A stretch of DNA of 59,911 nucleotides from Minisyncoccota bacterium (GTDB taxonomy: Bacteria > Patescibacteriota > Minisyncoccia > Phycocordibacterales > JAQTLZ01), in NCBI GenBank assembly GCA_028714635.1, contig JAQTLZ010000005.1:1-59911 (forward strand), given 5' to 3'. Made by a program: the position numbers and the translations under genes. The notes beneath the pieces are model-generated. The model was not told the origin of the DNA, ran no database searches, and saw nothing but the letters and a program-made list of their open reading frames with translations. Below are positions 50,757-59,500 of this stretch, one piece after another (position 1 is the first letter of the stretch; each line of letters starts with the position of its first letter).

Positions 50757-52514
50757 CTATTCAGACACAACTCTCAAAACTTCCTCGATCGTGGTAACTC
50801 CCTGCACTGCTTTAAAAATGCCGTCTTCGATCATCGTAAGCATTCCTTCTTTCTTCGCCTGATCTTCGATATCTTTCGCGGAAGCTCTCTTCATAACTAA
50901 ATCTTTTATGGAAGCAGAAATTTTAAGCACCTCGTGGATACCAACTCTTCCTTTATAACCATCTTCGGAATCCGTGGAAGGTTTCGCTCTGAAAAAAGGT
51001 ATTTTGTCCCAGGTGGCGGTCTTTGCCACAATTTTTTCTTCCCGAAGAATATCAAGCACGTGATTCATATCCACCTCCTTTGAAATGTCCGCGAATTCAG
51101 CCTTGCTTAAAAAATACTGATCTTTCTTGTCGCACAGTTTTCGGATGAGTCTCTGTCCAATGACGACATTCAATGTCGAAACCAAAAGGAACGGCTCGCA
51201 TTTCATATCAAGTAGTCTCGGAATCGCGCCAGCAGCAGAGTTAGTGTGAAGTGTTGAAAGCACCAAGTGTCCAGTCAGAGATGCGTTAATCGCCAAGCCA
51301 GCTGTCTCGTTGTCTCGAATTTCTCCCACCATCACAATGTCCGGATCTTGTCGGAGAAGGGAGCGGAGCCCGTTTGCAAAACTGAAACCAATCTCCGGCT
51401 TCACCTGCGTTTGATTGACGCGGGGCATTTGATATTCGATCGGGTCTTCGATAGTGGAAATATTTACTGAAGCAGTATTCAAAATATCAAGCACAGTATA
51501 AAGAGTCGTCGTTTTTCCAGAACCAGTCGGGCCGGCGCAGAGAATCATTCCGGTGCGCTGTTTGGTGCCTGAATGAATTCTTTCCAGCCCCTCCCCATGA
51601 AAACCGAGCTTCTCCAAAGTAAAACCGGACTTCCCTTCTTTCAAAAGTCGCATCACAATTTTCTCTCCGAAATAGGTCGGTAACACAGAAACGCGAAAAG
51701 AAACTTTCTCGGCATTGGCCTCAACTTTAAAACGTCCGTCCTGCGGGAGTCTTTTTTCGTCGAGTTTCAAATTCGAAAGCACTTTGATGCGGGCGACGAT
51801 ACCGAGAGCAGAGTTCCGAGGAAGAACCATCGCGTCATGAAGAATTCCGTCAATGCGATAACGCACTAAAACTTCAGTTTCGAGTGGTTCAATATGAATA
51901 TCGGATGCGTTTTGGATGATGGCGTGCTTGAGAAGGGTCTCGACGATCCTCACGATAGGAAGATCCTCTGCCATTTTTTTCAAATCGCTTTCTGTTGCGC
52001 CTGCCCCCTTGTCATCTGAAGGTGTGTAGGTTTGAATTGCTTCCGCTTCTTTTTGAATAATGTCGCCGAATTCCGCTTTCAAACTTTTCTGATACTGGAG
52101 AAGCGCGGATTTCATACTCTCAACATCGGTCAGCCGAGGCAAAATTTTAAGTCCGAGTTTCTTTTTTATAAAATCAATAACGGGAAGATCATCGGTATCG
52201 AGCATCACCACTTGGAGAGAGTCGCCATTTTTCTCAAACGCGAGAATATTATGATTTCGGGCAATCGGTTCCGGAATAAGCGAAAGGACGTCGCTCTCGA
52301 TTTTGAGACCCTTGAGATCAACAAAAGGAATACCCATCATATAGGCTTGCACCCTTCTCCAATCATCATCGTTCAATTTCCCGGTCTTTATGAGCGCCTT
52401 GCTTATCGGAATTTTATCCGCAATGGCTTCTTCCTCTACCTTTTCGAAATCAGCTCGAGAAACAAGGCCCGAGTCGAGAATGAATTCTTTCAATTGTTTC
52501 TCATCAATGTGCAT
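50757..52514 (-). CDS. pilB: type IV pilus assembly ATPase PilB (GspE family)
   Basis: T2SSE N-domain, Walker A GPTGSGKTTT, Asp box, and MVGEIRD / LTGHLVLSTLHTN motifs. Confidence 0.95.
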   Translation of the reverse strand: MHIDEKQLKEFILDSGLVSRADFEKVEEEAIADKIPISKALIKTGKLNDDDWRRVQAYMMGIPFVDLKGLKIESDVLSLIPEPIARNHNILAFEKNGDSLQVVMLDTDDLPVIDFIKKKLGLKILPRLTDVESMKSALLQYQKSLKAEFGDIIQKEAEAIQTYTPSDDKGAGATESDLKKMAEDLPIVRIVETLLKHAIIQNASDIHIEPLETEVLVRYRIDGILHDAMVLPRNSALGIVARIKVLSNLKLDEKRLPQDGRFKVEANAEKVSFRVSVLPTYFGEKIVMRLLKEGKSGFTLEKLGFHGEGLERIHSGTKQRTGMILCAGPTGSGKTTTLYTVLDILNTASVNISTIEDPIEYQMPRVNQTQVKPEIGFSFANGLRSLLRQDPDIVMVGEIRDNETAGLAINASLTGHLVLSTLHTNSAAGAIPRLLDMKCEPFLLVSTLNVVIGQRLIRKLCDKKDQYFLSKAEFADISKEVDMNHVLDILREEKIVAKTATWDKIPFFRAKPSTDSEDGYKGRVGIHEVLKISASIKDLVMKRASAKDIEDQAKKEGMLTMIEDGIFKAVQGVTTIEEVLRVVSE

Positions 52515-52823
52515 CCCGTAGTGAAATTTTAGTCTGTTAAATTTTTCTTGTACAAATATTCTTTGACTCTCCGTTTTAATAACCTACCACCTTGTGTTGT
52601 CTTTAAATATCGCTCTCTGCGAAAAGCGTCATCTTTATCGATACAAGCTTCGTAATAAACACATTTCCACGGCCGATATCGTTTTGTAGAAAAATTTAAC
52701 CCTTGATTATGTTCTTCTAATCGTTTTCTCAAATCTGCTGTAAAACCAATATACCATTGTGCATTTTTCAAACTTTCGATTACATAAGTGTAGAACATAA
52801 TCGGACTAAAATTCTACTACAGG
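52515..52823 (-). mobile_element. hairpin-ended element copy C (309 bp) carrying a GIY-YIG ORF, abutting the ATG of pilB
   Basis: Arms cccgtagtgaaattttagtc (52515-52534) and gactaaaattctactacagg (52804-52823). Flanked by tgcat at 52510-52514 and 52825-52829. Confidence 0.75.
52529..52798 (-). CDS. GIY-YIG nuclease domain-only protein (89 aa)
   Basis: FYTYVIES...QWYIGFTADLRKRLEEHN pattern. The ORF lies inside a 309-bp hairpin-ended element and its TAA stop lies within the element arm. Confidence 0.85.
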   Translation of the reverse strand: MFYTYVIESLKNAQWYIGFTADLRKRLEEHNQGLNFSTKRYRPWKCVYYEACIDKDDAFRRERYLKTTQGGRLLKRRVKEYLYKKNLTD

Positions 52824-52907
52824 ATGCATGATTACGATTTTCCTTCTCTTTAGTATACCAAAAATAGAGAGACCCGTTTTCACCGTTCTGTGTACAAAAT
52901 AGGCAAA

Positions 52908-52973
52908 CCCCGTAGTGAAAAACAGCATCGATTTTCCTGCACATTTTGTGCAATGCTGTTTTCTACTACAGGG
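52908..52973 (-). mobile_element. hairpin-ended element copy E (66 bp solo hairpin)
   Basis: Arms ccccgtagtgaaaaacagcat and atgctgttttctactacaggg with a 24-nt loop. Same outer consensus as copies A-C, with a compensated inner stem. Confidence 0.65.
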
Positions 52974-53041
52974 CAAATAAAAAGGCGGAAAGAACAACAC
53001 GTGTCCAAACCGCCCTTAACAACAAAGAAACTCCATGCACC

Positions 53042-54970
53042 TTAGGGTGCATTTACCACGACTCTAAATCCATAATCACCAGCTCCAATGTCAGGAAGAT
53101 AACTTCGGGTAGCTGACCGACAAGTCGTTGCGGTAGCCCACCAATACCCCCCGCGAAGAACGTGCGAAGGATACGCTGGATTGAATGCTGGTCCCTGTGG
53201 ATCAGTCACCGCATCAGCTTGGTACACATCGAACCAATCCTGGCAGTACTGCCACACGTTCCCGCTCATGTCATACAGACCAAAAGCGTTTGGCAACTTC
53301 TGCCCGACAGGATGGGTTGTACCATAGCCAGGCTGATAGTCCGGCGTTGCCGAATTTGAATCATACCAGCCGATACTGTCCATAACAGGATCGTCATAAT
53401 TGTTGGAAGAATCTCCGGCATAAAACGCCGTCGTCGTCCCGGCACGGCACGAATATTCCCATTCAGCTTCTGTTGGGAGGCGAACGTCCAATCCCGTCAT
53501 AGCCTTGAGTTCCGCACAGAAAGCCTGGGCGCCTTCGAACCCCATTGTTTCAACGGGGTTTTCCGACCCGATGAAATGGCTTGGGTTATTCCCCATCACT
53601 TTCGTATATTGTGACTGAGTGACTGTGAATTTGCCCATAAAGAACGCGTGACTAATGGTCACCTGATGCCGAGGACTTTCTCCAACATCATGACCAATTT
53701 CAGTCTCCGGGCTTCCCATCATAAACGAACCCGCGGGAATGTGAACCAGCTCCAACTTGACACCGTTGCCGAGGTCAATTGAATTGATTGCGATATACAC
53801 TCTGCCGACCGCGCTATCTAGCATTTCATTCTCCAATGCAATCGCCCGAATCATTGTCGTATTACCGACAGAGACTGGACTAGTGTACTGAAGCGAAGAT
53901 GCTGTCGGCACACTCCCATCAGTCGTGTAATAGATTGTCGCGCCGGCTGTGGCGCAGGAGATCGTTACACTCTGCCCGCTTTGGTAAATACCTGTGGGCA
54001 GACTGAAGGTGGGAGACGCGACCTGAACAAGTTGAATAGTGTACGTTGCACTGGCTACCGCACTGTCGGAATAGATGTCCTTGAGCGCAATAGCTTTGAT
54101 CGTAGTCGTCGACCCAAACGCGATCGCCCCGGTGTACACCGAAGACGAAGGCGTGGGAATGCTTCCATCAGTCGTGTAATAGATTGTCGCGCCGGCTGTG
54201 GCGCAATCAATCGTCACACTCTGTCCGGTGGTGTAAACACCTCCTGGCAGACTGAATGTGGGAGTGGAGACAGGAGACAAGACAACAGGCAGGCTGTTAA
54301 ACACAAACCCGCTTCCAAATCTTGTGCCTACCGTGACCGTAACTTTTGCCGCTCCGCCGTTTCCTCCCGTGGTAAGAGACACAACATTTGTCTTCTTCCA
54401 CGTGGGGTTTCCGTCTACGATATTACCGGCGATACCGGCGACATTCGTAACAGTCGCCTCTGGAGTCGTCGCAGCAATACCGATCTGGTAGACCTTGAAT
54501 TGTACAGTCTTCCCCGACTTTCCCTGCACCTTCACTGATGAAGATTTTACGATAACGAGCGGACCTAACGTTTTCACGCGAAGCATCGCCGTTTTGATCT
54601 TCCCTCCAGAGTCCATGGCCCCAAGAATTACTGGAAGCCACTGCTGGTATTTTGCAGGATCAGCGACTGCTTTCTTTGCTTTCTGAAGCGCCTTCTTAAA
54701 AGCGCTGGCGCCTTTTTTGACGACAGGCAGAGAATCCGCTTCTGCTGCGCTCTCAAGAGTCGCCGCGAATGCAAGTGCGTCATCAACTTTTCCCGCGACA
54801 GCTTGTAAGTTGCCGCGGGAAAACATGTGGGTAACAGCTTCGGCAAGAGCGCCGTTGGCCGTGTCCAATTTCTGCTGCAACTGGTCGAGCTTGTCCGCGA
54901 CATCATCGCCGCGAACCGAGACACCCGCGCACACAAAAAGCGCGAGAACTACAATCCGAATGGTTTTCAT
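53042..54970 (-). CDS. secreted protein with two Fn3_assoc/CHB_HEX_C-like repeats and a C-terminal FGE-sulfatase (C-type-lectin-fold) domain
   Basis: Signal peptide at MKTIRIVVLALFVCAG. Two TIYYTTDGS.PT repeats. FGE motifs RLPTEAEWEY, GNVWQYCQDW, LRGGYW, GFRVV. Sampled 60-nt lines are 43-58 percent GC. Confidence 0.85.
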   Translation of the reverse strand: MKTIRIVVLALFVCAGVSVRGDDVADKLDQLQQKLDTANGALAEAVTHMFSRGNLQAVAGKVDDALAFAATLESAAEADSLPVVKKGASAFKKALQKAKKAVADPAKYQQWLPVILGAMDSGGKIKTAMLRVKTLGPLVIVKSSSVKVQGKSGKTVQFKVYQIGIAATTPEATVTNVAGIAGNIVDGNPTWKKTNVVSLTTGGNGGAAKVTVTVGTRFGSGFVFNSLPVVLSPVSTPTFSLPGGVYTTGQSVTIDCATAGATIYYTTDGSIPTPSSSVYTGAIAFGSTTTIKAIALKDIYSDSAVASATYTIQLVQVASPTFSLPTGIYQSGQSVTISCATAGATIYYTTDGSVPTASSLQYTSPVSVGNTTMIRAIALENEMLDSAVGRVYIAINSIDLGNGVKLELVHIPAGSFMMGSPETEIGHDVGESPRHQVTISHAFFMGKFTVTQSQYTKVMGNNPSHFIGSENPVETMGFEGAQAFCAELKAMTGLDVRLPTEAEWEYSCRAGTTTAFYAGDSSNNYDDPVMDSIGWYDSNSATPDYQPGYGTTHPVGQKLPNAFGLYDMSGNVWQYCQDWFDVYQADAVTDPQGPAFNPAYPSHVLRGGYWWATATTCRSATRSYLPDIGAGDYGFRVVVNAP

Positions 54971-55084
54971 GGTGCTCCTTTCGAGCAATGAGTTCCTTGT
55001 CAAACAACTAGAAGTCAGCTCCAATGAGCCAGACAGTTCCAGTATCTATAGTACCACAAGAAAAGGAGGAGGGCAATAAGATTC

Positions 55085-55369
55085 CTACTTTGTCAATGAG
55101 TCAAGAATGGCCTTCTTTTGAGCCGCAGTTAAAGGAGTTGGGGTATTTTTCTCTGAAGTGGGGGCTGAAAGACTTTGCAGGACTTGTGCTTGCACTTTCA
55201 TATCGACAGGAGCATTTGAAGAGCCTTTAAGGCTATCGAGGATTTTTTGTTGTTCTGTCCTTGCGTCTTCTATCTTTTTGTTAGAAAAACTCATCCACAA
55301 AAAGAATCCTACACTGATAAGCACGACGCAAAGAATTATAATTTTTACTGATGAAGAAGTCGAGTTCAT
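55085..55369 (-). CDS. small N-terminally anchored hypothetical protein
   Basis: 94 aa with one N-terminal TM segment. Confidence 0.45.
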   Translation of the reverse strand: MNSTSSSVKIIILCVVLISVGFFLWMSFSNKKIEDARTEQQKILDSLKGSSNAPVDMKVQAQVLQSLSAPTSEKNTPTPLTAAQKKAILDSLTK

Positions 55370-55554
55370 GGGACTAGAAATTTTGTGATGCTTTTAAAAA
55401 TGCTTTCTCCTTTTGATAGTTTTCTTCCTACACTTGCGTCTAAGATTCCCTGCTAAATTAGAAATTTCTGCGTCCCATTCCCTTTTGAATCTGCGATCAG
55501 ACCCTTATTATTGTTCGGTGCGGTAAGAACGATTTTGCCGTAACTGCATTATCT

Positions 55555-56451
55555 TTATGGCTCGCAACACCTTAAATACATCACAGAAACATTATTCGTA
55601 TTCTCATCTGAATTACAAGACATGGCTCCTTCATCTCCTGCAAGAACAGTACTGTCTGATGGTCCAGTTACAGATATAGGCGAAATATCAGAGCCCATCG
55701 CTCCCGCACCTGGCTCAATATTGTATGTGCCGAGTCCGCCATCATCACAACGAATAGCAATACCTGTCAGGCGTGTGTAAGTATTGATCGTTCCACTTGG
55801 AAGTCCGTCTGCAGCCGCAGCGTCACTACATTTCTTATGAAACCAATTATTTGCTTTGCCTCCGAGAGCTGGAGCTTTTGGCCTTTGAAAGTTAAAAGTC
55901 ACGCACTTCAATTTTGCCTGCCATGCTGGAGTTCCATTCCCCGTTGTGTCGGTTAAAACCTTCCCCACTCCAGGGGTTCCTCCGTAAGTAGCACCGGCCG
56001 GCCAAGTGCTAATACAACCTGCATCAGCAGTAGCAGTATCACCGATACAGAATTTGGTGGCACGAGCATTGCCTTTCACCTGAAGCGGATCAGTCGGAGT
56101 AGCTGTTTTAACTCCAAGACTCCCATTCAGCACAACCGCATTCCCATTCTGTACATAAATACCATTCGTCGCTGACTGACTTGCCACGACAACACCGTTG
56201 GTAAAAGAACCGCTCCCAGTTACATCAAAATTCGCATGCGTACCAGGCACAGATGATTGTCCAAGAATAAAGTCTCCTAATCTTGCCTGTGCTAAAGATC
56301 CGACACTTACATACGTGCTCACATTGTTGGCTGTCGGAGTTCCACCAGTAGGACCCGTCCACGGTGACGCGTTCAAAGCTGTTGCTCCGAGGATGAGAAA
56401 GAGCGCGAGAGCGGAAATTTTAATAGCTTGTAAAAAATCTTTTTTCGTCAT
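55555..56451 (-). CDS. secreted Cys-rich hypothetical protein
   Basis: N-terminal hydrophobic signal, a tail-fibre-like LGVKTATPTDPLQVKG motif, and a Cys-rich C-terminal half. Confidence 0.55.
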   Translation of the reverse strand: MTKKDFLQAIKISALALFLILGATALNASPWTGPTGGTPTANNVSTYVSVGSLAQARLGDFILGQSSVPGTHANFDVTGSGSFTNGVVVASQSATNGIYVQNGNAVVLNGSLGVKTATPTDPLQVKGNARATKFCIGDTATADAGCISTWPAGATYGGTPGVGKVLTDTTGNGTPAWQAKLKCVTFNFQRPKAPALGGKANNWFHKKCSDAAAADGLPSGTINTYTRLTGIAIRCDDGGLGTYNIEPGAGAMGSDISPISVTGPSDSTVLAGDEGAMSCNSDENTNNVSVMYLRCCEP

Positions 56452-56512
56452 ACGTTCGAATTTTTATCTAATAAATTTTTAATACTTTATTGCTATTAAG
56501 TATACTACATTT

Positions 56513-59500
56513 TTAACGCTCTACTCCCTTAGGGTCAATCACATTAGCCGAGCAGGGTATAAGCGTATCTGTTGGTGTGGTAACTGTGGTGCCGTCATCC
56601 AGTGTCGTTGTCACTATCGCATGAATTTTAAAATTAACTACTTTTGTTCCGGTAGCCGAATAGGAAATCGCATTGCTTGTGACAGAAGTGTTTGGACTGC
56701 AAGCCCCGCCTGCTGGATTTGTCAAAGATGGGATTGGGTTTCCGCCAGTTACAATCTCCCAAGAATAATCACAATGAGGAGGTAGAGCGGGAGGAACGGG
56801 CGCAGGGAGATTGTCCGTAGGAATGGAAACTACCCAGGAGAAAGGAACGGAGAGACCAGAAGAAGTCATTATCACGCTTTTATTGGGACAGGTCCCGACG
56901 AAAGCCTCTTTAACAGTCGCTGAACAACTTCTGTTGCCAGTCTCGTGTGTTACATTATCAGTCACAGTGACACTCACTGTCTTCTGAGGACTCGGCGAAA
57001 GCGATGTATAGGTAACCTGCGGAGAAGGATCGTCATAATTAGGATTTGCACCTGTTGTTGTTATACCATCGCCAGACCAACTATAACTGTAAGATCCCGA
57101 GCCACCATGCTGAATTGCGACCCAATTCATTGGAAGATTTAAGATCGGACTTGTAGGATTTGCCTCGCAATCTGTTACAGAAAGGGGTGTCGGAGGAGGG
57201 GTAGGAGAAGGATCTGCTGTAATAGTGCAGGTAGGATTGACCGAACCACCTGCGCTATCAGTTACTGTAACAAATGCTTGTTTTGGACCTGTTGTTGTAT
57301 AAGTAGCAGTAACAGAAGGAGCATCTGCTGCTGGCGTGACTATACCTTCTCCAGACCATGCATAATGATAAGGAGCTGTGCCGTTAATAGGTGCAGTCAA
57401 AGACCATGTCACGGGAGTTCCGACGTATACCGTACCACTTGGACTTGAAGAACACGTAGTGCTGATCTGTGCAGGAATAGTTCCAGTGTAGTTTACATCC
57501 CAAAACTTTACCCAACCCAATCCCCCAGAACCAACACCAGCATTCCATCCGAAACCGATAAATTTCTTTGTTGTTCTGTTAAATGTCACTCCTTGCATGC
57601 CATAATCAGGAGAAGAGGTATTGGCAAGATTCGGATCCGGAGAGACGTGATTCGTCCCCGACAATTCGATCCAACCGTCGCCAGCGCCACCAATCATAGA
57701 AAGAGCTCTCGCCCAACCGGTAACTTTTCCAGTATTGAAATCAACTTGTGGCTGACAAGGAAGAAGAGGAGACGGAAGTGAGGTTGGACACCCAGAAGTC
57801 TGTTCAAAATCTATCCAACCGACAGTGTCACTCCACGCCTGGCCTGAAAAAGTTCCCATATTTCCGCTAACAGTGATATTGACTCCATAATCATGCGCTC
57901 CGCAAATACTTCCTCCACCAGCTTTTCCTGTCAAACAATTCATGCTCCCCCAACCAACACCTTCGTCATTCGCTGAGTTTGAATCCGATCCATCAGCCTC
58001 CCAAAGCCAACCGTTCACATTCGTTGCAACACCGAGGTCATCATCATTGCTTGTTACTGGAACATCAGCAACAGGAACGCCCGCAAAAACTCCACCGGCA
58101 CTCTGTTGCGCAGCTCCTGTTTGGATAGTTGAGAATTGAGTATCGTTATTTGTTTGGTCGTTCACAGTGGTTACAGTAACGGTCGTTGAAAGAGTATTCG
58201 CGGGAATGAAAGCATTAGCTGGCACTGTAATTCGAGCTGTCGCAGGAACGGGCTGGCCGGGGGTCGCAACGACCGAAAGAGGGATGGTGACGGAAAGCGG
58301 AGAAGTTTTCGAAAGCGTTATCGTAAAGGTTGGATTCACACTCTGATTTACTCCCCCCGCTCCAGTCACTTCTGTCGTGGTAAGTGAAGCCGGACTAACT
58401 GTTATTGTTGCCGGGAACCAGCAAGCATCATTAGTACTAAGACCACTCACAAAATTATCAACGGAATTCGCGGGCGAAATTGCCGGAGTAAGAGCTGTAC
58501 ATCCTCCATAAGAAACATCTAGGTAACTCACACTCTTCGAACCGAAAGAGGGATTAATGAACCATTTTGTTGTTGGCGCGCTTATGGAAGGACGCAGAGA
58601 AATAAGACCTGCTGGTGAACCATCCGCTGTAAATTTGCCCAAAATTTGTATGGCATTTGCGTTGGAGCTCGTAAAATAGAAAAGTTTCGGTGTACCAGCA
58701 GGAGCAAGAAGCGTAAGATTATTGAAAGCTATTGGTGCGTAGAAAATAACTGAAACCGAAGCGTTGGAAGGATTCAAGGTAACTGTGCCAGAACGAGCCA
58801 CGACTGCACCGCTATTGGTAAAATTTCCAGCGACAGAAAGCGTCGGAGTGGGGCTGTATGTTCCGGCGTCATAGCTGACTCCAGCGCTATTTAGAAAATC
58901 CCCTCTCGCAATGATCGCTCCTCCTGCGGTTTTTGTTCCGCTTCCAGAGAGCCAAAGATTGGCATACCCAGGCGAGACCAAGGGAGTAATCGTCTGATTT
59001 CCATTTGCATTGTAGTCTACGGTAGTACCCGAAGCGATGGTATAGCTAGCGAATGTAGGCATAGTACTTGCTTTCACTCTATAGATACCGCTGGTAAAAG
59101 TAAGTGACGCGCTTCCAGCGGTGATAGTCTTGCCCCCATCGTCAAAAAGAGCGTTCGAGACAAGGTCGCCAATGTAGAGCTTGGAGAGAGAAGGAATGTT
59201 CCCCGCCAAGGTGGCACCAGACCCAGTGGCATTAATTTTGAGCGTGTTGTAGCCGACACCTTGTACAGAACATCCCGAGCTTGTATAGTTGACGACATTA
59301 TTTGACGCAGTTGCTGTGAAAGCATTAGTACTATTACAAGTATTAAGAGTGCTACCCGAACCCTGCGTCCACGTTCCAGTTCCTGAAATAGCGAGAATGT
59401 TGACCGCTCCAATATTGGTAATTGCGCCATTATTGGTAAATCCGGAGTTCATGGTAAGCCCTGTAGCGGCCATTGTGAAATTGCCTGCTCCTATAGTAAC

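Noticed and set aside
52806-53000. 64-aa minus-strand ORF between the GIY-YIG gene and the FGE gene
   Set aside because: It runs through hairpin element copy E and the right arm of copy C. It has no coding-like composition and its sequence is dictated by the repeat arms.
53042-53170. Possible diversity-generating retroelement acting on the FGE/CLec C-terminus
   Set aside because: I found no template-repeat copy of this segment and no reverse-transcriptase-like ORF in the window. It is kept only as a hypothesis to test genome-wide.
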